A DNA stretch of 64,000 nucleotides, from NCBI GenBank assembly GCA_020073005.1, contig JAIQFX010000007.1, positions 51,712-115,711 on the forward strand, in the 5' to 3' direction. Of the stretch, positions 49,689-59,171 are shown in pieces (position 1 is the stretch's first letter; the number at the start of each line of letters is the position of its first letter). This DNA is from Terriglobia bacterium. GTDB lineage: Bacteria; Acidobacteriota; Vicinamibacteria; Vicinamibacterales; CAVVIG01. Under the pieces are notes generated by a model. It saw only the letters and a list, made by a program, of their open reading frames with translations, searched no databases and had not been told where the DNA came from. The position numbers were made by a program, and so were the translations under genes.

Positions 49689-51166
49689 TGCGGATTTCCT
49701 CCGGTCGCCCGCGGCGCCGGCGGCATCACCAGGCACAGCGGGCAGCCAATGACGTAGTCGTTCTTGGTGAGATGCAGGCGCTCGCGGCGCTGGGCCATCT
49801 CTTCCTTGAACTGATCGTCGGTCAGCGCGACGCGCATCCCGAGGTCGATGAACATGTTGGCCACCGAGCGGTTGCCCGATCCCTGCCAGTTGCGCGGATC
49901 GGGAACGTTCTTGTTCGTCGGCGAGTTGTCCATGTAGCCGATGATGTGCAGGATCGTGCCCTTCGGGAGCAGCGGCGCCGAGTCGTCCGTGTAGTCGTAG
50001 CCGCGCACCCAGTTGTGGTCGTAGCCGACGCAGTTCAGCGTCTGGATGTTGAAGCCCCAGATCGCTTCGAGGCACATCCGCTGGCCGGGCGCGTGCAGGT
50101 GCGGCTCGAAGGAGATGATCTTCGTGTGCTGCTGCAGCACCGTGTACGCGTGCAGCTGCTGGCCGGGCTCCATCGCCTTGATGTCGATGTCGACGCCGTT
50201 GCCGAGGCCGAAGACCGCGCGCTTGTAGGTCGGCTTGTAGTCCTTCGGCATCAGCTTGAAGCCGATCTCGAGGTGCGCCTTCGTGTCGCGGCCGTTCGAG
50301 TGCAGGTGGACCGAATCCGAGACGATGCTCGAGCCGGCCTTCAGCAGGCGCGCCGACTTCGGATCGAAGAAGTCCGCGTTGCGCCCGACTTCGTGCACCG
50401 GCCAGTTGACCGTCTCTTCATCGAGAATGAACGACAGCGGGTCCTGCGACTGATCCTTGGCCGGGTCGAGCACCTGCGTGCGCCAGATCATGTGGTGGAA
50501 CACGAAGCGTCCGCCGACCGTGGCGCGATTGCCGGCCGCCTTGGACGTGTCGACGTCGTTCACTTCCTTGATTTCGAGCGCGGCGACGTAGCGATCTTCG
50601 GTCAGACCGGTCGGCACGCTCGGAATCTCGCCCCACCAGTCGGGCGCGTCGCCCTTCACGGTGAGCTCGTTCGTCTTGACGATCAGGTCCGGCGTCCCGA
50701 TGGCCCACGCGTTGCGGTCGGCGTAGACCTTGGGCGGCGGCATGTCGGCCGGATTGCCGCGGGGCGCGCCGGTGTCCGCCCACTTCGCGATCGTCGCGAT
50801 CTCGGTGTCGGTCAGCGACGGATCGTTGTGGAACTGCTGGATGCCGATGTTCTTCTCGACGTACCACGGCGGCATCACGCCGGCTCTCGGTCCGATGCTG
50901 GTGCGCTGCTTCATGGCGCGCGCCCAGGGCCGCGCGTCCTCGTACGTCGCCAGCGACATGGGCGCCACGCCGTCGGGACGATGGCAGTTCTCGCAGCTTC
51001 GCTGCACGATCGGCGCGATGTCCTTGGTGAAGGTCGGCGCGTCGGGGACACCGGCGGCGGCCGGCGCGGCCTGGAGCGCGTACTGCGCGCCCGAGCTCAT
51101 GACCGCGGCGGCGAACAGCGCGGTCCCGATGCGGAATCTCCAGCCGGCCGTGAATCCAGCCTCCAT
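49685..51166 (-). CDS. Secreted CxxCH-motif protein with DBH/copper-monooxygenase-like body (function unknown)
   Basis: 493 aa from ATG 51166. Signal, then FTKDIAPIVQRSCENCHRPDGVAPMSLATYEDARPWA...MPPW (haem-binding-type motif). Paralogous N-terminal region to 59172-60428. Confidence 0.65.
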   Translation of the reverse strand: MEAGFTAGWRFRIGTALFAAAVMSSGAQYALQAAPAAAGVPDAPTFTKDIAPIVQRSCENCHRPDGVAPMSLATYEDARPWARAMKQRTSIGPRAGVMPPWYVEKNIGIQQFHNDPSLTDTEIATIAKWADTGAPRGNPADMPPPKVYADRNAWAIGTPDLIVKTNELTVKGDAPDWWGEIPSVPTGLTEDRYVAALEIKEVNDVDTSKAAGNRATVGGRFVFHHMIWRTQVLDPAKDQSQDPLSFILDEETVNWPVHEVGRNADFFDPKSARLLKAGSSIVSDSVHLHSNGRDTKAHLEIGFKLMPKDYKPTYKRAVFGLGNGVDIDIKAMEPGQQLHAYTVLQQHTKIISFEPHLHAPGQRMCLEAIWGFNIQTLNCVGYDHNWVRGYDYTDDSAPLLPKGTILHIIGYMDNSPTNKNVPDPRNWQGSGNRSVANMFIDLGMRVALTDDQFKEEMAQRRERLHLTKNDYVIGCPLCLVMPPAPRATGGNPQ

Positions 51167-51216
51167 TGCACGCTCCTTCAAAAGGGTCGGTCCACGGGCC
51201 ACGACGGCGTCCGCAT

Positions 51217-51230
51217 CCTTATATATAAGG
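51217..51230. promoter_or_regulatory. Perfect 14-bp palindrome CCTTATATATAAGG centred in a divergent intergenic region
   Basis: Self-complementary. It is 51 nt from ATG 51166 (minus gene) and 52 nt from ATG 51282 (plus gene). The only AT-rich stretch in the spacer. Confidence 0.55.
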
Positions 51231-51281
51231 AGGGGCCGGGCCGCGGGTGACAGGAACAGATTTTAGCAATAATAGCAGCCT

Positions 51282-52166
51282 ATGCGTACCCGCATTCTCG
51301 CCTTCCTCCTCGCCCTGGCCGCTTTCCTCGGATCCGGGGCGCCCGGGACCCTGGCGCAGACCCCGGCCCGGAAGAAGCTGCTCTTTCTGACCCACCCGGC
51401 CCTGTATAAACACACGAGCCTCGGACCGGCGGAGAAAGCGGTCATCGAGCTCGGGGCCAGGGGTGGCTACGACGTCACGACGCTCGAAGGCTACAAGCAG
51501 GACGTCGACAAGATCGATCTGACGATGATCTCCTCCTCGTACCTGGCCCAGTTCGACGGTCTGATGCTGATGACGAACGGCAACCTGCCGCTCACGCTCG
51601 ACCAGAAGAAGGCGATCGTCGACTACGTGCGCGCCGGGCACGCGCTCGTCGGCGTCCACTGCGCGACGCTCACGCTGTACGACTACCCCGAGTTCGGCGA
51701 GGTGATCGGCGGCTACTACCGCCGGTCGATCGTGCCGACGACGCGCATCGGGCAGTCGAACATCGGCGTGCTCAAGGTCGAGGATCCGAACAATCCCGCA
51801 ACGAAATTCCTCGGTGGCAACTGGCCGCTCGCGGAAGAGTTCTATCAGTTCGGCACCGCGGTGTGGGACGCGAGCAAGCCGACGGAGAACATCAGCCAGG
51901 TCGGGCGGCTGCACATCCCGATGGCGTTCACGCGCGATCGCGTGCACGTGCTGCTGAGCCTCGACACGGAAAAGATGGATCTGACCGGCCTCGGGCCCGA
52001 GATCGTGAAGGGCGGCGACTACCCGCAGGCGTGGACGAGATCATTCGGCACGGGCCGCGTCTTCTACACGACGCTCGGCCATCGCGACGACATCTGGTCG
52101 AACGACCCCGTCTTCCGCGCGCACGTCAACGGCGGCATCCGCTGGGCGCTCGGACTGGAGAACTAA
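51282..52166 (+). CDS. ThuA-domain protein (secreted)
   Basis: 294 aa. Signal peptide; ThuA-like pattern (LLFLTH..., GHALVGVHCAT, FYTTLGHRDDIW). Confidence 0.75.
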   Translation: MRTRILAFLLALAAFLGSGAPGTLAQTPARKKLLFLTHPALYKHTSLGPAEKAVIELGARGGYDVTTLEGYKQDVDKIDLTMISSSYLAQFDGLMLMTNGNLPLTLDQKKAIVDYVRAGHALVGVHCATLTLYDYPEFGEVIGGYYRRSIVPTTRIGQSNIGVLKVEDPNNPATKFLGGNWPLAEEFYQFGTAVWDASKPTENISQVGRLHIPMAFTRDRVHVLLSLDTEKMDLTGLGPEIVKGGDYPQAWTRSFGTGRVFYTTLGHRDDIWSNDPVFRAHVNGGIRWALGLEN

Positions 52167-54034
52167 CCGTGACCCAGCAGGCCGAGTAGTCCGGTTGTCA
52201 GCCACGGGATGTAGGTAATCACCAGCACGCCGATGCCGAGAATCGCCATCATCGGCAGCGCGGCCGCGCACACTTCGAGCACGGGACGCTTGAAGCGGTA
52301 CGACGCCAGGAAGATGTTCAACCCCACGAGCGGCGTCAGGAAGCCCAGCTCCAGATTCGCGATGAAGATGATCCCGAGATGCACGGGGTTGATCCCGAAG
52401 GCGGCACCCAGGGGAACGATCAACGGCACGACGACGACGATCGCCGCGTAGATCTCCATCAGCCAGCCGACCGCGAGCAGAAACAGATTCAGCACGAGCA
52501 GGAACATCAAGCGCGACGTGATGTGCGTGCTCGCCCACTCCAGCAGCTTCGCGGGCACCTGCGCGCCGACCAGATAGTTCGTCAGCCCGACGGCGACGCC
52601 GAGAATGATCAGGACGCCGCCGATGACGGTCACGCACTCGCCGAACGCGCGCAGCAGATCGCGCAGCTTCAGATCACGGTGGATGAACGCCTGCACGACC
52701 AGCGCGTACAGCGCGGTCAGCGCCGAGGCTTCGACCGCCGTCGCCAACCCGCTGAACATCGCGACGAGCACGAGCGCCGGCATCGCGAGCTCCCACTTCG
52801 CCGCCCACGCGGAGGCGAGCGCTTCCGGCGCGCGGAACGGATGGCGTCCGGCGCGCGAGACCGTCCCTTCCCGCACGCCCCACGCCGACACCATCGCCGT
52901 GAGCAGGATGCCCGGCAGAATGCCGCCGATGAAGATGTCCTCGATCGGAATCTGCGCGACGACGGCGTAGAGGATCAGCGGCAGCGACGGCGGCAGCAGC
53001 AGGCCGAGCGATCCGGACGCCGTCAGCAGCCCGAGCGAGAAACGCTCGCGATATCCGTCCTTGAGCAGCGCCGGGAACAGCACGCCGCCGAGCGCGAGAA
53101 TCGTCACGCCCGATCCGCCCGTGAACACGGTGAAGAACGAGCACAGCACGGCGCAGACGACGGCCGTGCCGCCGGGAATCCAGCCGAAGAAGGCGCGGAA
53201 CACGCGCAGCAGCCGCTCCGACGCGCGCCCCTCGGCGAGCAGGAATCCCGCGAGCGTGAAGAGCGGAATCGCCGGCAGCGTCGGCGACACGCTGAGCGAG
53301 TAGGTCTCGATCAGGATCGTCGCCGGCGTCGTACCGTCGTGCATGAAGAGCAGCGCCGCGGTCCCGCCGAGAATCGCGAAGAGCGGCGTGCCGACGATCG
53401 CCGCCGCGACGACGATCGCGAAGGCGGGCCACAGGCTGTGCGCTTCGAGGATCGACGGGACGCGCAGGAAGAGGACGCCCGCGAGCAGGCCGACCGACGC
53501 GAGCGCGCGATCGAGCCATCGCTCGGCTGAACGCCTCGCGCTCCGAAGATCGCCAGGCACGCTCGCGCTACTGGAATCGAGATGCCCGGAGATGCTGCCC
53601 ACGCGCCAGACGACGCGCAGCGCGATCGCGGCAAACGCGATCGGCAGCACCATCTGCGCCATCCACGACTGGATGCCCGCGCCGATGTTCGTGCCCGCTT
53701 CGCGCTCGGCCATCGCCATCTGCCAGCCGCCAGAGGCCAGCACGATCGCCGCGCACGCGCCGAACGCCGACGCCAGGATGTCCGCCGCGCGGCGCCACAC
53801 GCCTTTCGGGATGAACGAGCCCGTCGCCAGCGCGAGCAGCTTGCCGTCGCGCGCCGCAATCGCGGCGCCGAGGAAGCCGACCCAGAGCGTGAGGTGCTGG
53901 ACGATGGGTTGCGATGCGGGAATGCCGCGGCCGAACGTGCGGCGGAACACGATTTCCGCGAGCGGCAGGAGGACCATCACCAGCAGCGCCAGCGACGCGG
54001 TGGCGTCCTCGACGAGCGCGAGGACGCGTTTCAC
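52163..54034 (-). CDS. TRAP transporter fused DctQ-DctM permease
   Basis: 623 aa from GTG 54034 (GTGA overlap with the dctP stop). N-terminal 4-TM DctQ-like part, a linker, then a ~12-TM DctM-like part. Confidence 0.82.
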   Translation of the reverse strand: MKRVLALVEDATASLALLVMVLLPLAEIVFRRTFGRGIPASQPIVQHLTLWVGFLGAAIAARDGKLLALATGSFIPKGVWRRAADILASAFGACAAIVLASGGWQMAMAEREAGTNIGAGIQSWMAQMVLPIAFAAIALRVVWRVGSISGHLDSSSASVPGDLRSARRSAERWLDRALASVGLLAGVLFLRVPSILEAHSLWPAFAIVVAAAIVGTPLFAILGGTAALLFMHDGTTPATILIETYSLSVSPTLPAIPLFTLAGFLLAEGRASERLLRVFRAFFGWIPGGTAVVCAVLCSFFTVFTGGSGVTILALGGVLFPALLKDGYRERFSLGLLTASGSLGLLLPPSLPLILYAVVAQIPIEDIFIGGILPGILLTAMVSAWGVREGTVSRAGRHPFRAPEALASAWAAKWELAMPALVLVAMFSGLATAVEASALTALYALVVQAFIHRDLKLRDLLRAFGECVTVIGGVLIILGVAVGLTNYLVGAQVPAKLLEWASTHITSRLMFLLVLNLFLLAVGWLMEIYAAIVVVVPLIVPLGAAFGINPVHLGIIFIANLELGFLTPLVGLNIFLASYRFKRPVLEVCAAALPMMAILGIGVLVITYIPWLTTGLLGLLGHG

Positions 54035-55062
54035 TTCGGCGGCGGCGCGGCGGGATGCTGCTTGCGGTACTCGGTGCGGGCTTTCAGCGCGAGGTCGAAA
54101 ATATCCGGCGGCACGCTCTCGCCGCGCATCGTCTTCGCGAGATCGTCGAGCTGCGTGCGCCACTCAGGGCCGGTGGCTTTCGTCACGGTCAGGCCGCGCT
54201 TCGTCATCTGCTCGACGGCGTTGGCGTCCAGCTTCGGCACTTCGACGCGCAGGCGCTGCTCGACGCCGTTCGCCGCCGCCAGCAGCTTCGGCTTGTCGGC
54301 GGCGGGAATCGCGTTCCACGCCTTGGTCGTAATCACGCCGGCGCCGACGACGGGCGCAAGGCCGAGCTCGAGCATGTACGGCGTCTGCTTGTCCCACTGG
54401 AACAGCGACGCCGCGAGCGGCGTGGTCGGCAGACCTTCGAGCATCCCGGTCGTGAGGCCGGTGAGGATGTCGGTCATCGCCATCGGCCGCGGCTGGAAGC
54501 CGTTGGCCTTGAACCACTGCACCTGTTTGTCGTTGCCGGCCGACGTCCACAGCTTGATGTGCCGGAGATCGTCGACGGTCTGCACGGGCTTCTTCGTGAA
54601 GATCTGCGTCCACCCGCCGTGGCCCCAGTTGAGCAGCATGAAGCCTTTCGGCTCGATGCGCTTGCGGAGAACGGGCGTCAGCTCGTCGGTGACGTAGTTG
54701 AGCTCGTCGTAGGAATCGAAGAAGAACGGGATGTCGAAGACGTTGAAGGCCCAGTCGATCTGGCCGAGGCCGACGACGGTGAACGCCGCGGCCTGGAGCG
54801 CGTCGAGACGCATCTTGCGCAGCGCCGTCGACTCGTCGCCCTGCGAGCCGCCGCTGTAAACGGTCACGGTGATGCGACCGCCGGTCGCGTCCTTCCACTC
54901 GTCGCCCATCTGTTTGAGGTTCTTGTCCCAGATGGAGCCCTGCGGCACGACGGTCGCCAGCTTGATCGCGCTGGGTGGCGCCTGCGCGACCAGCGCAGGC
55001 GCCAACACCGCAATCGCCAGCAGGGCGACCGCCGCTACTGCTTGGAGCGCTTGGCGGTCCAT
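54031..55062 (-). CDS. dctP: TRAP transporter substrate-binding protein (DctP family)
   Basis: 343 aa. Signal peptide; DctP-type pattern (IKLATVVPQGSIWDKNLKQMGDEW...GGSQGDESTALRKMRLDALQ). Confidence 0.82.
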   Translation of the reverse strand: MDRQALQAVAAVALLAIAVLAPALVAQAPPSAIKLATVVPQGSIWDKNLKQMGDEWKDATGGRITVTVYSGGSQGDESTALRKMRLDALQAAAFTVVGLGQIDWAFNVFDIPFFFDSYDELNYVTDELTPVLRKRIEPKGFMLLNWGHGGWTQIFTKKPVQTVDDLRHIKLWTSAGNDKQVQWFKANGFQPRPMAMTDILTGLTTGMLEGLPTTPLAASLFQWDKQTPYMLELGLAPVVGAGVITTKAWNAIPAADKPKLLAAANGVEQRLRVEVPKLDANAVEQMTKRGLTVTKATGPEWRTQLDDLAKTMRGESVPPDIFDLALKARTEYRKQHPAAPPPK

Positions 55063-55793
55063 GCCAGTTGCCCGAGGCCGCTGATGTCCGCCTTGCCGTT
55101 GACGATCGAGTCGCCGTCGAGCTCGCCCGTCATGGCGACGGTCATGTCACCCTGAGGCGTCTGCGCGGTCATCGTGAACTTGAGCTGATTGCCCTCGACC
55201 GTCCCGTTGAGCGGCACTTCGCCCATCTGGCTGCCGAACGTGCCGGACAGCTTGCCGGCGTCGACGTTCAGCGTCGCGCTGGCCGGGAAATCGCCCTGGG
55301 GCGTCTGGAGCATCACGTCCCACTTGCCGGCGGCGCCGCCGGCCGACGACAGTGCTGACGGGGAGGCCGGCGCGGCAGCCGCTGGCGCTGCGGCCGCGGC
55401 AGGAGCCGCTGCCGTCGCGGCGCCGGCGCGCTTCGCGGTCCAGTCGCCGTCTGCGAATCCGCCGAAGTTCGCGGTGCCCTTGATCGAATCGCCCTCGACC
55501 TTGCCCGCCATCGAGATCTCGAGGGACTGTCCCTGGATGTCGATCGTGAACGAGAACTTCAGGTCGTTGCCGGAGATCGTGCCGCCTTTGAACGGCAGCT
55601 CGCCCATCGGCGACTTGAACAGGCCGGAGATGCTCTCGCCGTCCTGCTTGAAGGTCACCTGCGAGGTGTTGGGTCCCTGGGGACTGGTAATCGTGATCTC
55701 CCAGTCGCCGTTGATGTTGGTCTGGGCGAACGTCGACCCCGCCACCAGAAAAAACGCCGCCGCCAACGCCAACGTGAGTCGTGCACCTTTCAT
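55035..55793 (-). CDS. Secreted protein with two copies of a ~105-aa GDW...TAKR domain joined by an Ala/Pro linker
   Basis: 252 aa. Signal MKGARLTLALAAAFFLVAGSTFA. Internal duplication (INGDWEITITSPQGP...GDWTAKR / AGKWDVMLQTPQGD...LAWTAKR). Overlaps the dctP start by 28 nt. Confidence 0.7.
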   Translation of the reverse strand: MKGARLTLALAAAFFLVAGSTFAQTNINGDWEITITSPQGPNTSQVTFKQDGESISGLFKSPMGELPFKGGTISGNDLKFSFTIDIQGQSLEISMAGKVEGDSIKGTANFGGFADGDWTAKRAGAATAAAPAAAAAPAAAAPASPSALSSAGGAAGKWDVMLQTPQGDFPASATLNVDAGKLSGTFGSQMGEVPLNGTVEGNQLKFTMTAQTPQGDMTVAMTGELDGDSIVNGKADISGLGQLAWTAKRSKQ

Positions 55794-55857
55794 GTTCGGC
55801 TCCTGAAACGAGATTAGAGTGTGCGGTTGCAGTGCTCGTTAGGGTATCACGCGCGCG

Positions 55858-56247
55858 TCAGTAGCTGGACGTCCGGTCGGCCTGGAACGGGCCCTGGCCG
55901 ACCGTCCCCAGCTTCGCGGTTCCGGTCATGGAATCGCCCTTCACGGTCCCGGCCAGAGAAATGTCGATCGTCTTGCCGCCTTCCGCCTGCGACCACGCGA
56001 GCGTGATCGCATCCCCGTTCAGCGTGACCTTGACCGGCGTCTCGCCGTACTCGGACGTGAGGTGGCCGGTCACGCGCGGGCCTTCCTGATTGAGATACAG
56101 CGTGTATTCGACGTGGCCGTTGGGCGTCGTGACTTCGAGCGCCCATTCGCCCGTGACATTGACCTGCGCGGCGCGCGCGGCCTGCGGGAACACCGCCGCC
56201 GCCACCAGCAGAAACAGCGCGCCGGCCGCCAGGTTCGATCGGGTCAT
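55858..56247 (-). CDS. Secreted single-domain paralog of the GDW...R domain family
   Basis: 129 aa. Signal, then VTGEWALEVTTPNGHVEYTLYLNQEGPRVTGHLTSEYGETPV..., colinear with each half of 55035-55793. Confidence 0.7.
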   Translation of the reverse strand: MTRSNLAAGALFLLVAAAVFPQAARAAQVNVTGEWALEVTTPNGHVEYTLYLNQEGPRVTGHLTSEYGETPVKVTLNGDAITLAWSQAEGGKTIDISLAGTVKGDSMTGTAKLGTVGQGPFQADRTSSY

Positions 56248-56256
56248 GACTCCGGA

Positions 56257-57861
56257 TTATCGCATTTCTCGCGTCAGATCGATCGGCAGCTCCGCGCCAA
56301 AGAGCATCGTCCGATCGTTGTCGGCGGCGGCGTATTTCAGCAGGGTCCGGACGTTCTTCTGGACGCGGCCGTCGAACACGGTCCGGCCGTTGGCCACGAC
56401 TTTGACCGGCTTGCTGAAGTCGAATTGATCCGGCGACAGCAGCAGCGTGAACGCCGCGACGCCGCGCGTCGTCGCCTGCACGGTATTGCCGCTGCGCGTG
56501 ACGTCGACGCGGCCCGACGGCCGGCCCCGCGAGAACAGCACCCGCGGCGGCGCGGGAATCGTCTGCGGGGCGTAGGTCCCGCTCAGTTCGACCGGCGCGT
56601 TGTCGCGCGCGACGAGCAGCTCGAGCGTCGTCCCCGGCTTGACGTCGCTCAGCGCGTCGCCGACGTCGACGCTCGACGGCACCGTCTCCTCGTTCACGTG
56701 CATCAGCACGTCGCCGGGCTTCAATCCGATCTTCTCCGCGTTCGATCCGGGCACGATGCGGTTGATGCGCGTGCCGATCGAGCGCGTGCCGAAGTCCGGC
56801 CGCGGCGCGACCGGCATCAGATTCAGATCGGGCAAGTCCGGCGCCGCCGCCTGGCCGCGCGCCTCGCCGAACTTGTCGATGATCAGCCAGTGCGCGCGGT
56901 TGCCGTGCGTCGCGCTCGCGGTCTCCCACGTGATCGTGTCGGGCAGCGGATTGCGAGGATGCGCGCGGACGAACGCCTCGTAGACGCCTTTGACCTCCGG
57001 CCACCACTGCGTGTTGTGGCCGGCGTTCGGCTGCGGATGATATTCGAGCGCGACGCCGCCGTTCTTCATGTGCGCGATGTGCGGATCGACCTCCATCGTC
57101 GGGTACAGCGGATCGCGTCCGCCGTTGACGATGAAGAACGGCTTGTTGCGGATGTTGGTCGGAAAGAGCGATCCATCGTCGATGTCGGCGGCGGCGAGCA
57201 CCATCCAGAAGCCGTTGAGCGGAAGAAACGCGGCGAACGGCGTCGTGTCGCGCATCGCGACGTAGTAGGCGCCGGTCCCGCCGTCGGACACGCCCGACAG
57301 CACGACGCGGTTTTCGTCCACGTTGTAGCGGCGCTTGGCCGCGTCCACGATCGCGTGCAGATTGAGGACCTGGTCGTCGTCCCACCACGGCGCGGCGGCC
57401 CACGCATAAGGAATGATGTAGATCTGACCGTCGTCTCCAGGGTCGCCGGCCAGCGCGCCGATCGTGCCGGCGCCGACCGGCTGGTTGTCGCGCCGCCCGC
57501 CGATACCGCCGTGCAGCTGGATCCGGACCTGATATTTTCTTGACGGGTTGTAGCCGTCGGGAATGTTGAGGACGAAGTTGTGTTCGACGCCGTCGGACGT
57601 GCGGTTGCTCATCCGCACCTGGCCGGTCGGCTGCGCGCCGTACGTCCGGCCCTGCTGCAGGCGGCGATGAATCTCGTCGAACGTCGCGCCGGTCTCAATA
57701 ATGTTGTCGACGAGCGCGGCGGCATCCGTCGGCGAGCCTGCGGCCCAGAAGGCGTCGAACGCCGCGTCGATCGTTCCGGGCGTCTGCGCGATAGGGCGCG
57801 CGGCCGCGAAGGCCAGCAATCCCGTTGCGGCAACCGTGACGAGGAATGACCGTCGTTCCAT
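56257..57861 (-). CDS. Secreted alpha/beta-hydrolase (esterase/depolymerase-like) with PDZ domain
   Basis: 534 aa from ATG 57861. Signal/Tat-like MERRSFLVTVAATGLLAFAAA, nucleophile elbow GVSDGG, PDZ-like segment (IVPGSNAEKIGLKPGDVLMHVNEETV). Confidence 0.75.
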   Translation of the reverse strand: MERRSFLVTVAATGLLAFAAARPIAQTPGTIDAAFDAFWAAGSPTDAAALVDNIIETGATFDEIHRRLQQGRTYGAQPTGQVRMSNRTSDGVEHNFVLNIPDGYNPSRKYQVRIQLHGGIGGRRDNQPVGAGTIGALAGDPGDDGQIYIIPYAWAAAPWWDDDQVLNLHAIVDAAKRRYNVDENRVVLSGVSDGGTGAYYVAMRDTTPFAAFLPLNGFWMVLAAADIDDGSLFPTNIRNKPFFIVNGGRDPLYPTMEVDPHIAHMKNGGVALEYHPQPNAGHNTQWWPEVKGVYEAFVRAHPRNPLPDTITWETASATHGNRAHWLIIDKFGEARGQAAAPDLPDLNLMPVAPRPDFGTRSIGTRINRIVPGSNAEKIGLKPGDVLMHVNEETVPSSVDVGDALSDVKPGTTLELLVARDNAPVELSGTYAPQTIPAPPRVLFSRGRPSGRVDVTRSGNTVQATTRGVAAFTLLLSPDQFDFSKPVKVVANGRTVFDGRVQKNVRTLLKYAAADNDRTMLFGAELPIDLTREMR

Positions 57862-57889
57862 AGCGCGCAGGTATAACATAATTAGCGTG

Positions 57890-59170
57890 ATGAGACCGGC
57901 TGTTCTCGTGTTCGTCGTCGCGCTGAGCGTCACCGCCGGCGCGCAGCGAGCCGCCGCACCGAAGCCCGCGCAGACGCCGGCGCCCAAACCGCCCGCCGCG
58001 GAGCCACTCGAACCGCTGTCGTACGTCTGCACGATGCCTGGCGACGAGAACGTCCTCGAAGACAAGCCGGGCGTGTGTCCAAACCCCAAGTGCGGCATGA
58101 AGCTCGTGCCCGTCCGGCTCGTCTCCAAGTGGAGCTGCGCGACGAACACCGCGTTCATCAAAGACGGCCCGGGCAAGTGTCCGACCGATGGCAGCGATCT
58201 CGTCCGCGTGACTGTCGAGATGACGTTCGGGTGTCCGGGGACCAAGGATCTCGACACGCTCGAGCCCGGAAAATGTCCGGACGGCGCGCCGAAGCAGCGG
58301 AAGTACGCGGCACGCGCGCACGGCAATCACAATCCGCAGCACGGCGGCCAGTTCTTCATGGCGCCCGACAGCTGGCATCACATCGAGGGCGTGTATCTGC
58401 CGTCGGGCGCGTTCCGGCTCTACCTCTACGACGATTTCACGAAGCCGCTGAAGGCGGTCGACGCGCGGCCGATCGCGGCGCGGCTCGTGACGAAGCAGGT
58501 CTACGATCCATCGACGGGCAAGGAGAACGAGATCGAGAAGTACGCGCTGGTTCGCAAGGGCAGCTACCTCGAAGCGTCGATCGGCCAGCGGTCGCTTCCC
58601 GCGCGCATGAGCGCGAAGGTCACGTTCAAGGCCGGCGACAAAGAGAACCTGTTCGACTTCACGTTCGATGCGTTCTCGAAGGATCCCGCGGCCCCGAAGG
58701 CGACGGCCGCTCCCGTGAAGACGACGGCTGCGGCAGCGAAGCCGGGGACGACGACCGCGGCGAAGCCCGCGCCGGGCGCGCCCGCCGCGACGCCCGATCC
58801 GAATCTCGTCGAGCTGGGCGTCAATCCCGCGCTCATCGCCGTCCCGATTCCGGAGACGGTGCCGGAGATGCTCGCGCAACTGCGCACGCGCTCGGATCAG
58901 ATTCGCCAGTTCATCGACAAGGGTGAGTTCGCCGCCGTCTACGTGCCGGCGTTCCAGGCGAAGGATCTCGCGCTCGCGCTCGACGAACACCGGCGCGAGC
59001 TGTCCGTTGACAAGCAGAGGGTCGTGGAGCCGGCGGTGCAGAAGGTCGTCCGCAGCGCGTACATGCTCGATGCGTTCGGCGATCTCGGCAACAAGCAGCA
59101 GATTCTCGAGGCGTACGCCATCTTCACGGCCGCCGTGAAGGACATTCAGTCGGCGTTTCCGGAGAAATAA
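57890..59170 (+). CDS. Secreted protein with heavy-metal-binding (HMBD-type, CxxxxxxPGxCPxCGM) motifs
   Basis: 426 aa from ATG 57890. SYVCTMPGDENVLEDKPGVCPNPKCGMKLVPV plus two degenerate repeats, then HGNHNPQHGGQFFMAPDSWHHIEG. Confidence 0.65.
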   Translation: MRPAVLVFVVALSVTAGAQRAAAPKPAQTPAPKPPAAEPLEPLSYVCTMPGDENVLEDKPGVCPNPKCGMKLVPVRLVSKWSCATNTAFIKDGPGKCPTDGSDLVRVTVEMTFGCPGTKDLDTLEPGKCPDGAPKQRKYAARAHGNHNPQHGGQFFMAPDSWHHIEGVYLPSGAFRLYLYDDFTKPLKAVDARPIAARLVTKQVYDPSTGKENEIEKYALVRKGSYLEASIGQRSLPARMSAKVTFKAGDKENLFDFTFDAFSKDPAAPKATAAPVKTTAAAAKPGTTTAAKPAPGAPAATPDPNLVELGVNPALIAVPIPETVPEMLAQLRTRSDQIRQFIDKGEFAAVYVPAFQAKDLALALDEHRRELSVDKQRVVEPAVQKVVRSAYMLDAFGDLGNKQQILEAYAIFTAAVKDIQSAFPEK

Positions 59171-59171
59171 A

